DNA from: Phycisphaera mikurensis NBRC 102666
GTDB lineage: Bacteria > Planctomycetota > Phycisphaerae > Phycisphaerales > Phycisphaeraceae
DNA: 32,000 nt
NCBI RefSeq assembly: GCF_000284115.1
Contig: NC_017080.1
Span: 90,001-122,000 of the forward strand
Reading direction: 5' to 3'
Position numbers and translations under genes: made by a program. Below are positions 24,393-32,000 of this stretch, piece by piece; the first letter of the stretch is position 1; the number at the start of each line of letters is the position of its first letter. The notes under the pieces were generated by a model that saw nothing but the letters and a program-made list of their open reading frames with translations, was not told the origin of the DNA and made no database searches.

Positions 24393-25817
24393 ATGAGGTA
24401 CGTGTCCACCCGGGGCGAAGCCGCCGAGCTCGAGTTTGAGGACGTGCTGCTCGAGGGGCTCGCGCGGGACGGCGGGCTCTACGTGCCCGACGCGTGGCCG
24501 ACGCTGGGCGAGGCCCGCCGGCGCGAGCTCGCGACGCGGCCCTACGCACGCGTCGCCGCCGAGGTCATGTGGCCCTTCCTCTCGGGCAACCTCGAGCGGG
24601 CCACCTTCGAGGGCATCGTCGATGCGGCCTATGCCGGCTTCCGGCACGAAGCCGTCGCGCCGCTGGTGCAGCTGGCCCCGAACCTCTGGGTGATGGAGCT
24701 GTTCCACGGGCCGACGCTGGCGTTCAAGGACGTCGCGATGCAGGTGCTCGGCCGGCTCTTCGATCACGTCCTCGCGGCGCGCGGCGACCGGATGACGATC
24801 GTCGGCGCGACCTCGGGCGACACCGGCTCGGCGGCCATCGAGGCCTTCCGCGACCGCGAGAACTGCGACATCTTCATCCTGCACCCCAGGGGGCGGACCA
24901 GCGACGTCCAGCGCAAGCAGATGACGACGGTGAACGCCGCGAACGTGCACAACGTTGCGATCGAGGGCACCTTCGACGACTGCCAGGACCTCGTGAAAGC
25001 GATGTTCAACGACGCGGCCTTCCGCGACGGCGTGCGGATGAGCGGCGTCAACAGCATCAACTGGGCCCGGGTGATGCCCCAGTCGGTCTACTACGTGACC
25101 GCCGCGGCGCAGCTGGGCTGCTTCACCGACCGCCGGCCGGTCCGCTTCAGCGTGCCCACGGGCAACTTCGGCGACGTGTACGCGGGCTACATCGCGGCGC
25201 GGATGGGCGTGCCGGCCAGCCGCCTGGTCGTCGCGAGCAACCGCAACGACATCCTCACCCGCGTGCTGCGCGACGGCGACCACTCCCGCGGCGAGGTCCA
25301 CGCGACGGTGAGCCCGTCGATGGACATCCAGTCCAGCAGCAACTTCGAGCGGCTGCTGCTGGACATGGAAGCCGGCGACACCGCGAAGGTCGCCCGGCTG
25401 ATGAAGCAGTGGAAGCAGACCGGCGCCTTCACGGTCGACGCGACGGCCCGGGCCCGCCTCGCCGGCCGCTTCACCGGCCACCGCGTGGACGAGGAGAAGA
25501 CCCTCGACACGATCCGGAGCGTCTACGCCGACACCGGCTATCTGCTCGACCCCCACACGGCCGTCGGCCACGCGGCGGCCCTCGCCGAGGCCGCGCCCGA
25601 GCACGCGGAGTTCGGCGGCATCGCGCTGCCGACGGTCGTGCTCGCGACGGCCCACCCCGCGAAGTTTCCCGACGCGGTGGAAAAAGCCTGCGGTGTGCGG
25701 CCGCCGCTGCCGGGCTTCCTCGCGGACCTGTACGAACGGGAGGAGCGGTTCGACACGCTGGAGAACGAGCTATCCGTGGTTCAGGCGTACATCCGGGAGA
25801 GGACGCGGGCGGCTTAG
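24393..25817 (+). CDS. thrC: Threonine synthase
   Basis: MRYVSTRGEAAELEFEDVLLEGLARDGGLYVPDAWP; HGPTLAFKDVAMQVLGRLFDHVL; GATSGDTGSAAIEAFRDRENCDIFILHPRGRTSDVQRKQMTT; VPTGNFGDVYAGYIAARMGVP. Confidence 0.96.
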   Translation: MRYVSTRGEAAELEFEDVLLEGLARDGGLYVPDAWPTLGEARRRELATRPYARVAAEVMWPFLSGNLERATFEGIVDAAYAGFRHEAVAPLVQLAPNLWVMELFHGPTLAFKDVAMQVLGRLFDHVLAARGDRMTIVGATSGDTGSAAIEAFRDRENCDIFILHPRGRTSDVQRKQMTTVNAANVHNVAIEGTFDDCQDLVKAMFNDAAFRDGVRMSGVNSINWARVMPQSVYYVTAAAQLGCFTDRRPVRFSVPTGNFGDVYAGYIAARMGVPASRLVVASNRNDILTRVLRDGDHSRGEVHATVSPSMDIQSSSNFERLLLDMEAGDTAKVARLMKQWKQTGAFTVDATARARLAGRFTGHRVDEEKTLDTIRSVYADTGYLLDPHTAVGHAAALAEAAPEHAEFGGIALPTVVLATAHPAKFPDAVEKACGVRPPLPGFLADLYEREERFDTLENELSVVQAYIRERTRAA

Positions 25818-25969
25818 AGGCTGTTTCAGAACCTGCTGGGCTTCGCCACCCGTGGCCGCCCGCTGCCCGCGTCGGGCTCCGAACGGGGGGACTGCCCCCC
25901 GCTCTCACCCTCCTTGGCAGCGAACAGCCACGGGCGACTCGGGCGTGCAGCCGGTTCTGAAACAGCCTC
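25817..25969. repeat. MITE-like imperfect palindrome with exact 16-17 bp terminal inverted repeats
   Basis: Left gaggctgtttcagaac (25817-25832), right gttctgaaacagcctc (25954-25969), extendable by one flanking A/T pair. Interior halves also match imperfectly (caCCCGTGGCcgccCGCTGCC vs rc cgCCCGTGGCtgttCGCTGCC; GGGGGG/CCCCCC centre). Confidence 0.75.
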
Positions 25970-26032
25970 TTCGCCGGTCGCGTCCGGGTCCGCCGGCACC
26001 CGGCTCCCGCGGCGGACCCGGACGCGCGACGC

Positions 26033-26584
26033 TCAGCCGCCGTCTTCCGGCTGCTCGGGCTGCACGGCACCCAGGCCGGCCATCGCCACCTCGTGGTCGT
26101 CCTCGACGGTCGAGCCCGAGACGCCGATCGCGCCGATGACCGCGCCGTCGGCGTTGCGGATCGGCACGCCGCCGGGGAAGGTGATCAGGCCGCCGTTGGA
26201 GCTCTCGATCTCGTAGAGCGGGCCGCCGGGCTGCGAGAGCTCGCCGATGTCGCCGGTGGGCATGTCGAAGAAGCGGGCGGTCTTGGCCTTCCGGACGGCG
26301 ATGTCGGTGCTGCCCAGCCACGCGCCGTCCATGCGGGCGAAGGCGACGAGGTTGGCGCCGGCGTCGACCACGGCGATGTTCATCTTGACGCCCATCTGCT
26401 CGCACTTCTCGATCGCCGCCTTCACGGCGACGTAGGCGGTGGCGAGGTCGAGCGTGCCGACGCTGGCGGCGGCGAGCGGCGGGTCGCCGGCTTCGCGGTG
26501 GTGGTCCGCGAGGGCGGGGGCCGCGGGGGCGGCGAAGGAGGCAGAGGCGGCGAGGGCGGCGAGGAGCAGCAGGCGGGTGTTCAT
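26033..26584 (-). CDS. Exported GlcG/HbpS family heme-binding-like protein
   Basis: Signal peptide, then [62 protein letters not shown]...[41 protein letters not shown]. Confidence 0.9.
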   Translation of the reverse strand: MNTRLLLLAALAASASFAAPAAPALADHHREAGDPPLAAASVGTLDLATAYVAVKAAIEKCEQMGVKMNIAVVDAGANLVAFARMDGAWLGSTDIAVRKAKTARFFDMPTGDIGELSQPGGPLYEIESSNGGLITFPGGVPIRNADGAVIGAIGVSGSTVEDDHEVAMAGLGAVQPEQPEDGG

Positions 26585-26590
26585 AAGCGG

Positions 26591-26596
26591 AACCTA
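26591..26596 (-). promoter_or_regulatory. Candidate -10 box TAGGTT, 6 nt from GlcG/HbpS-like ATG
   Basis: Reverse complement TAGGTT-CCGCTT-ATG. Confidence 0.5.
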
Positions 26597-26641
26597 GCGG
26601 GGCCGCCGCGGCCGGCGCAGCGTTCGTAGGATGGTCGGGTC

Positions 26642-27826
26642 ATGGAAGCCGCACCCGATCCCCGCGAGGAGCACGCCGACGCGATCGCCGGCGGGCCCGC
26701 CCACCGCCGGGCGGCGGGGCTGAACCCCGGCAACCGCTTCGAGCGGACGCGGCGTCACGCCAGCGCCGACACGATGGAGAGCGACCGCCTCGCCGCCGAC
26801 CCGGCGGACGCGGCGAAGCCCCACCGCGTGCCGCTGACGGTGCTGCCCGACGCGACCCGGACGGTGCTCAACCGGGTCGTGCCCGTCAGCGACGTGCCCT
26901 TCGACTGGACGCTGAACCCCTACCGCGGCTGCGAGCACGGCTGCATCTACTGCTACGCCCGGCCGTACCACGAGTACCTCGGCTTCTCGGCGGGGCTGGA
27001 CTTCGAGACGAAGCTCGTCGCCAAGCACGACGCACCGGAGCTGCTCGCCCGCGAGCTGGCCTCGCCGCGGTGGAAGCCCGAGCCGATCGTGATGTCGGCG
27101 ATCACCGACGTGTACCAGCCGCTGGAGGCCCGGCTTGGCCTCACCCGCCGGTGCCTCGAGGTCCTCGCCGCGGCGCGGCAGCCGGTGGCGACGCTGACCA
27201 AGAGCCGCCTCGTGCTGCGCGACCTGGACCTGTGGCAGGAGCTCGCGTCCTGCGGCGCCGGCCGGGTCACCGTCACGCTGGTCACCCTCGACGACGACCT
27301 CGCCGGGCGGCTGGAACCGCGGGCGAGCCCGCCGGGGGGCCGGCTCCGGCTGATCCGCGAGCTCAGCGACGCGGGCGTCCGCGTGACGGTGAACGTGGCG
27401 CCGGTGATCCCCGGCCTCACCGACCACGAGGTGCCGGCCATCCTCGAGGCCGTCGCCGAGGCGGGCGCGACGTCGGTGGCCTGGTCGCTGCTGCGGCTGC
27501 CGCACCAGGTCAAGGCGCTCTTCCTGGACTGGCTCCGGCGGAGCGTGCACCCGTCGCGGGCGGGGCGCGTGGAGGCGGCGATCCGGGCGACGCAGGGCGG
27601 GAAGCTCTACGACAGCCGGCGGATGGGCCAGCGGGACGGGCGGGGCTCGCGCTACCGCGGCGAGGGGCCCGCCGCCGAGCAGGTCGCGCAGGTGTTCCGC
27701 GTGTTCATGAAGAAGCACCGGCTGGGCACGTGCGGGCGGCACGGCACCGACGCGCTGGCGGACCTCTCAGGCGGAGCCTTCCGCCGGCCGCAACGGCCCG
27801 GGTCGCAGCGTGGGCTCTTCGACTGA
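26642..27826 (+). CDS. PA0069-family radical SAM protein
   Basis: DWTLNPYRGCEHGCIYCYARPYHEYLGFSAGLDFETKLVAK (CxxxCxYC); EPIVMSAITDVYQPLEARLGLTRRCLEVL; VTLVTLDDDLAGRLEPRASPPGGRLRLIRELSDAGV. Confidence 0.9.
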   Translation: MEAAPDPREEHADAIAGGPAHRRAAGLNPGNRFERTRRHASADTMESDRLAADPADAAKPHRVPLTVLPDATRTVLNRVVPVSDVPFDWTLNPYRGCEHGCIYCYARPYHEYLGFSAGLDFETKLVAKHDAPELLARELASPRWKPEPIVMSAITDVYQPLEARLGLTRRCLEVLAAARQPVATLTKSRLVLRDLDLWQELASCGAGRVTVTLVTLDDDLAGRLEPRASPPGGRLRLIRELSDAGVRVTVNVAPVIPGLTDHEVPAILEAVAEAGATSVAWSLLRLPHQVKALFLDWLRRSVHPSRAGRVEAAIRATQGGKLYDSRRMGQRDGRGSRYRGEGPAAEQVAQVFRVFMKKHRLGTCGRHGTDALADLSGGAFRRPQRPGSQRGLFD

Positions 27827-27875
27827 AGGACCATCGCCGGCGGCCGCCGGCCGCACCCGCGGCGGCCGCGGGGTC

Positions 27876-27881
27876 TACCTT
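27876..27881 (+). promoter_or_regulatory. Candidate -10 box TACCTT, 6 nt from lipoprotein ATG
   Basis: TACCTT-CCTCCC-ATG. Confidence 0.5.
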
Positions 27882-27887
27882 CCTCCC

Positions 27888-28286
27888 ATGCGCAGCCCCC
27901 GCAACGCCGTCCTCCTCGCCACCCTCTGCGTCCCGCTGCTGCTCCCTTCCTCCGGCTGCGAGGTGATCAAGAGCAAAGTGCCGGGCATGAATCCCGCCGA
28001 GAAGCTCCCGCCGGCGGAGCTGCGGGTCGGCGGGGGCCGCCAGATCGACTTCCTGGCCCCGGGCCCGGGCACGCTGATGTACGCCAACGCGCACACCGGC
28101 GAGACGCTCAAGACGCAGTCGGTGGCGGCGGGCGAGCGGGTCACCTTCACGGTCGACCTCAGCAACCCCGACGACCCGCTGCTCTTCGGCGCCGACCCGA
28201 GCAGCTTCGAGGGCGTGCTGTACTTCCGGCCGGAGGGCTACGTCCCGCCGGCGGCGTCCGAGCCGGCGCCCGACGGGGCGATCTAA
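27888..28286 (+). CDS. Small predicted lipoprotein
   Basis: MRSPRNAVLLATLCVPLLLPSSGCEVIKSKVPG: signal peptide with LPSSGC lipobox. Confidence 0.6.
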   Translation: MRSPRNAVLLATLCVPLLLPSSGCEVIKSKVPGMNPAEKLPPAELRVGGGRQIDFLAPGPGTLMYANAHTGETLKTQSVAAGERVTFTVDLSNPDDPLLFGADPSSFEGVLYFRPEGYVPPAASEPAPDGAI

Positions 28287-28305
28287 CGAGCGTCGGCGTC
28301 GGGGG

Positions 28306-28351
28306 CCGCGGACCGTCGGGCTCCGCGGCGGGATCGCGTCGCGGTCCGCGG
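28306..28351. terminator. Candidate hairpin between convergent genes (no U-tract)
   Basis: Exact 10-bp inverted repeat CCGCGGACCG (28306-28315) / CGGTCCGCGG (28342-28351). Confidence 0.35.
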
Positions 28352-28366
28352 GTCGCGGAGACGGGA

Positions 28367-29731
28367 TCAGCGCGCGGCCGCGGCGGCGTACGCCCCGAGG
28401 TCGGGGGGCACGCCGGGCTCGCGTGGCACGCCGGCCGCGTCGACCGGGAAGCTCGCGTCGGGGTCGCCCGCGCCGATCGCCGGGGAGCCCGGTGCGAGCC
28501 GGAAGGCGTCGGCGCCCGCGGTGGCGGCGAAGCCGGGGTCGCCCGACGCCGCCGGATCCAGCTCGAAGTCGGCTTCCCCTCCGCCGCTCACGAGGTTGGC
28601 GCCGATGTCCGCGCGCTCGGTGCTGTAGCCGCCGACGGGCTTCTTGCCCGGCAGCGGGACGATCACGTTGTTGCGCACGCGGACGCGGTCGGTCCGGCCC
28701 AGCTCGACCTCGCTGCCGATGTTCTCGCGGGTCGCGTTGCCGACCAGCGTGTTGTGCAGCACGTCGGCGTTGGCGGTCTCGAAGACGTTCACGCCGCGGC
28801 CGCCGTTGCCGGAGCAGACGTTGTTCACGACCAAGAAACGCCCGCGGTAGCCCGGGTACCCGGCGCTGCCGGCGCCCGGGGTCCTCTCGTTGGCGTCGAG
28901 GATGATCCCGTTGCCGTCGCTGTAGGCCTCCATGATCCAGAAGGGCACGCGGTTGTCGTTGCCACGGAGGACGTTGTCGCGGACGACCATCTTGTACGAA
29001 CGCCGGTCGCCGTTGGCGTCGACGCTGCGCCACATCGAGATGCCGCTCTCGCCCCAGGGCGAGTAGAAGCCGCAGCCGGACACCTCGTTGCCCTGCACCA
29101 GCACCGAGTCGCTGCGGGCGGTGGCGATGCCGCTGCCCGGCGCGTCGCGGATGCGGTTGTTGCGGAGGATCACGTGGTGGGGGTTCTCGTCGGGCCCGTC
29201 GCCCAGGCGGATGCCGACGCCGAAGTAGCGGTGCTCGCCGTAGTCGTCGCCCTCGAAGGCCAGGGCGTGGGCGAGCGCGGCCGCGGGGTCGAGCTCGGCG
29301 GCCACGCCGACGATCTCCAGGCCCTCGATCAGCACGTACGCGGCGTCGGCCACGCGGATGCCGCGCAGCCCGTCGAAGCGGATCACCGCCGTCTCTCCAG
29401 GGAAGCTCGCGAAGCGCACCCACGCCCGGCGGTTGCCCCCGCGGGCGATCTCGATCACCGGCGCGGGCCCGTCGTTGGTGTACTCGCCGGCGCGGAGCAG
29501 CACGGTGTCGCCGGGCTCGACGCGGTCGGCCGCGGCCTGCGGCGTCCGCATCGGCCGGTCCTCGGTGCCGGGGTGGCGGTCGTCGCCGTCGGGGCTGACG
29601 ACGAAGGTGCGGCCGCCGAGGCCGGTTTCGGCGATGTCGTAGCCGAGCTCCGCGGGGCCGAGCTCCGCGGAGGCGGCCGCGGGGAGGAGCAGCAGGGCAA
29701 GCGTGCAGAAGAAGGCCAAGCGGGTACGCAT
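28367..29731 (-). CDS. Secreted right-handed parallel beta-helix repeat protein
   Basis: Signal peptide MRTRLAFFCTLALLLLPAAASA; FVVSPDGDDRHPGTEDRPMRTPQAAADRVEPGDTVLLRAGEYTN; repeated HHVILRNNRI / VLVQGNEVSG / MVVRDNVLRGN / FLVVNNVCSGN / VLHNTLVGN / VRVRNNVIV rungs. Confidence 0.88.
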   Translation of the reverse strand: MRTRLAFFCTLALLLLPAAASAELGPAELGYDIAETGLGGRTFVVSPDGDDRHPGTEDRPMRTPQAAADRVEPGDTVLLRAGEYTNDGPAPVIEIARGGNRRAWVRFASFPGETAVIRFDGLRGIRVADAAYVLIEGLEIVGVAAELDPAAALAHALAFEGDDYGEHRYFGVGIRLGDGPDENPHHVILRNNRIRDAPGSGIATARSDSVLVQGNEVSGCGFYSPWGESGISMWRSVDANGDRRSYKMVVRDNVLRGNDNRVPFWIMEAYSDGNGIILDANERTPGAGSAGYPGYRGRFLVVNNVCSGNGGRGVNVFETANADVLHNTLVGNATRENIGSEVELGRTDRVRVRNNVIVPLPGKKPVGGYSTERADIGANLVSGGGEADFELDPAASGDPGFAATAGADAFRLAPGSPAIGAGDPDASFPVDAAGVPREPGVPPDLGAYAAAAAR

Positions 29732-29872
29732 CGGGATTCCCAGAAGGACCAGGGGGAGCGTCGACCCGGAACCGGCTCGAGAAATTAGGGTGTCGCGACC
29801 GATCGCGTCCGGTTGCGTCCGCGCGTCGCCGCCTGCCTCGCCTCTCGCTCTCCCTCTCCCGGAAGCAACGCC

Positions 29873-30271
29873 ATGGATTCGCACGACAGCCACCCCCCCA
29901 CGCCCGACGCTCCGCACGCCGACCCCGACGCCGGCACGCCCGCGCTGACCGCCGACGACACGAACCTGGGCATGCTCGCCCACCTCCTCGGCGCCTTCAC
30001 CGGCTTCGTCGGGCCGCTGATCATCTGGGCGGTCAAGAAGGACCAATCCGTCTTCATCGCCACCGAGAGCCGCGAAGCGCTCAACTTCCAGATCACGATC
30101 GTGCTGGGGTTTCTGGTCCTCGGCGTCGCGACGTGCCTGACCTTCGGCCTCGCGGGGGTGCTCTTCCCGCTGCTGTTGATCTACTCGCTGGTGTTCTCGA
30201 TCATCGCGGCGCTCAAAGCCAAGGACGGGGTCCCCTACCGGTACCCGCTGACGATCCGGCTGGTGAAGTGA
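29873..30271 (+). CDS. DUF4870 domain-containing membrane protein
   Basis: DTNLGMLAHLLGAFTGFVGPLIIWAVKKDQSVFIATESREALNFQITIVLGFLV...YRYPLTIRLVK. Confidence 0.9.
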   Translation: MDSHDSHPPTPDAPHADPDAGTPALTADDTNLGMLAHLLGAFTGFVGPLIIWAVKKDQSVFIATESREALNFQITIVLGFLVLGVATCLTFGLAGVLFPLLLIYSLVFSIIAALKAKDGVPYRYPLTIRLVK

Positions 30272-30362
30272 GGCGGCGCCGGGGGCTCAAGGAGCCGGCG
30301 GCCCCCTCCCGTGCCGGCCGCGGACGGGTTGCCGACGCCCGGAGAGCCGGCCCGGCCCTCCC

Positions 30363-30368
30363 TACGCT
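30363..30368 (+). promoter_or_regulatory. Candidate -10 box TACGCT, 6 nt from trxB ATG
   Basis: TACGCT-GCACGC-ATG. Confidence 0.5.
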
Positions 30369-30374
30369 GCACGC

Positions 30375-31481
30375 ATGAGCGAACAGCCTCCCGTCGAGAA
30401 GGTCGTGATCATCGGCTCGGGCCCCGCCGGGTGGACGGCGGCGATCTACGCGGCGCGGGCCGACCTCAAGCCGCTGGTGTTTCCGGGCCGCGCGGCGAAG
30501 GGGCTCAACCCCGGCGGGCAGCTGATGCTCACCTCCGACGTCGAGAATTACCCGGGCTACCCCGACGGCCGGACGGGCCCGGAGATGATGCACGACTTCT
30601 TCCACCAGGCGATGCGCTTCGGCACGCGCGTGGTCACCGACGACGGGCCCAAGGACGCCGACGCGCTGGCGCAGGACACGCTGTACCAGCTGTTCCAGGA
30701 CGTCGCGGAGGTGGACCTCGCGTCGCGGCCGTTCCGCGTGCGCGGCGACCGCGGGCACGAGGTGCTCGCCGAGACGGTCATCATCGCGACCGGGGCGAAG
30801 GCCAACTGGCTGGGCCTCGAGAACGAGAAGCGGCTGGCGGAGTCCGGCGGCGGCGTCTCCGCCTGTGCCGTGTGCGACGGCGCGCTGCCGATGTTCCGCG
30901 ACCAGCCGCTGGGGGTCGTCGGCGGCGGCGACACCGCCTGCGAGGAGGCCACCTACCTGGCGAAGTTCGCCAGCGAGGTCCACCTCTTCGTGCGGCGCGA
31001 CGAGCTGCGGGCGAGCCGGGTGATGGCGGATCGTGTCACGGGCCACGAGAAGATCCGCATCCACTGGAACACCGAGGTGACCGACGTCGCCGGCGACCAG
31101 AAGGTCACCGGCGTCGACACGATCAACAACGCGACCGGAGAGGCCGGCCACCGGGAGCTCAAGGGCCTGTTCCTGGCGATCGGCCACACGCCGATCACCG
31201 GCTTCCTCCGGGGGCAGCTCCCCGCGGACGAGGCGGGTTACCTCCGCGTGAAGGACCCCGGCCGCAGCACCACCGAGGTCGACGGCGTCTTCGTCTGCGG
31301 CGACGTCGCGGACCACGTGTACCGCCAGGCGATCACGGCGGCGGGCATGGGCTGCAAGGCGGCGATGGATGCCGAGCGCTTCCTCTCCGAGCACGGCGAG
31401 GCGCCCGAGGGCATCGGCTCGCCGGAGGCGCAGTGGGCGGGCGCGACCGCCGAGGCGGGCACCGAAACCGTCCGCGGCTGA
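30375..31481 (+). CDS. trxB: Thioredoxin-disulfide reductase
   Basis: VVIIGSGPAGWTAAIYAARADLKPLVFPG; GGQLMLTSDVENYPGYP; SACAVCDGALPMFRDQPLGVVGGGDTACEEATYLAKFASEVHLFVRRDELRAS; VDGVFVCGDVADHVYRQAITAAGMGCKAAMDAERFL. Confidence 0.95.
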   Translation: MSEQPPVEKVVIIGSGPAGWTAAIYAARADLKPLVFPGRAAKGLNPGGQLMLTSDVENYPGYPDGRTGPEMMHDFFHQAMRFGTRVVTDDGPKDADALAQDTLYQLFQDVAEVDLASRPFRVRGDRGHEVLAETVIIATGAKANWLGLENEKRLAESGGGVSACAVCDGALPMFRDQPLGVVGGGDTACEEATYLAKFASEVHLFVRRDELRASRVMADRVTGHEKIRIHWNTEVTDVAGDQKVTGVDTINNATGEAGHRELKGLFLAIGHTPITGFLRGQLPADEAGYLRVKDPGRSTTEVDGVFVCGDVADHVYRQAITAAGMGCKAAMDAERFLSEHGEAPEGIGSPEAQWAGATAEAGTETVRG

Positions 31482-31557
31482 GGCCGCGGACCGTGCGGCC
31501 GGGGCGGCCTCTCGAGCGGCGGTCCGCGGCCCCGTGCGGCTTCCCGCGGTTTCTCGG

Positions 31558-31680
31558 GCGGCCGATGCCCGGGTGCCACGCCCGCTTGCGGAGTGGGGTG
31601 TCCGCGGGACACGCGGCCGATGCGGGCCTCCGCCGGCGTCGCCTCCGGCGATCACCACCCCGCGAGCGGCGTGGCACCCG
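31558..31680. repeat. Dispersed intergenic repeat, copy 2, inverted relative to copy 1, with imperfect terminal inverted repeats
   Basis: Begins ggccgatgcccgggtgccacgcccgcttgcggagtggggtgtcc and ends ggcgatcaccaccccgcgagcggcgtggcaccc; its reverse complement aligns to 13999-14107. Confidence 0.75.
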
Positions 31681-31724
31681 GGCCGGTGCATCGACGGGAG
31701 CCGGTGGGTTTCTCGAAATGCGGA

Positions 31725-32000
31725 TCAGCCGGCTTGGCCCAGCGTCTCGGGGTCGAGCAGGCGCCCGGCCGCGGCGGCCTTTCGGAGGGCTTGGAGGAGG
31801 CCGGGCACCACGCGCTGCACGCCGCCGGCGGTGGGCCGGTCGACCACGCATCCGGCGGGCAGGTCCTCGACCTCCGCCGCCGCGTGCAGCGCCTCGATCG
31901 CGTGGGCGTGGGCGAGCCCCGCCCCCAGCGTGGCGTACGGCGCGTCCGGCCGCGGGACGCCGCGGCACAGGTCGACGAAGCGGGGCAGGACGCGGGCGCG
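31725..32000 (-). CDS. Partial CDS, C-terminus only; possibly Gfo/Idh/MocA-type oxidoreductase
   Basis: Reverse-strand open frame ...RFVDLCRGVPRPDAPYATLGAGLAHAHAIEALHAAAEVEDLPAGCVVDRPTAGGVQRVVPGLLQALRKAAAAGRLLDPETLGQAG*, open at the window edge. Confidence 0.35.
   Translation of the reverse strand, partial: RARVLPRFVDLCRGVPRPDAPYATLGAGLAHAHAIEALHAAAEVEDLPAGCVVDRPTAGGVQRVVPGLLQALRKAAAAGRLLDPETLGQAG

Noticed and set aside
25817-25969. MITE-like palindrome as a full IS with transposase
   Set aside because: Only 153 bp; the overlapping small ORFs are arginine-rich shadows without DDE or HUH motifs.
1-32000. CRISPR arrays, restriction/abortive-infection genes, prophage or integrase genes
   Set aside because: No regularly spaced repeats of 24-40 bp, and no recognisable cas, R-M, toxin-antitoxin, capsid, terminase or transposase proteins on either strand.

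Overview
High-GC (about 73% by eye) bacterial chromosomal window. It holds a dense set of housekeeping genes plus one unusual accessory block. Gene content and composition suggest a Phycisphaera-like planctomycete (inference, not tested). Supported genes, left to right: partial membrane protein (-), yebC, DUF6785-type membrane protein (-), secreted protein (-), mnmA, kaiB, kaiC, PAS/HATPase sensor protein, aldehyde dehydrogenase, gltX, uppS (-), purA (-), msrB, queD-like, RdgC-like, rsmG (-), two-TM protein, AI-2E transporter family (-), tRNA-Val(UAC) (-), sulfotransferase (-), thrC, GlcG/HbpS-like (-), PA0069-type radical SAM, small lipoprotein, beta-helix secreted protein (-), DUF4870, trxB and a partial gene (-). 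The best candidate for an under-described system is the KaiB-KaiC-sensor block (7684-10844). KaiC keeps both Walker motifs, both catalytic Glu pairs and the S/T phosphoacceptors but lacks most of the KaiA-binding C-terminal tail. KaiB carries natural substitutions at positions linked to fold switching. The downstream PAS/HATPase protein has an intact ATP-binding domain but has lost the phosphoacceptor His. Other notable signals are a recurrent TANNNT-N6-ATG arrangement suggesting widespread leaderless transcription, a 153-bp MITE-like palindrome starting in the thrC stop codon, and a dispersed ~110-bp palindromic-ended repeat in two convergent intergenic regions.
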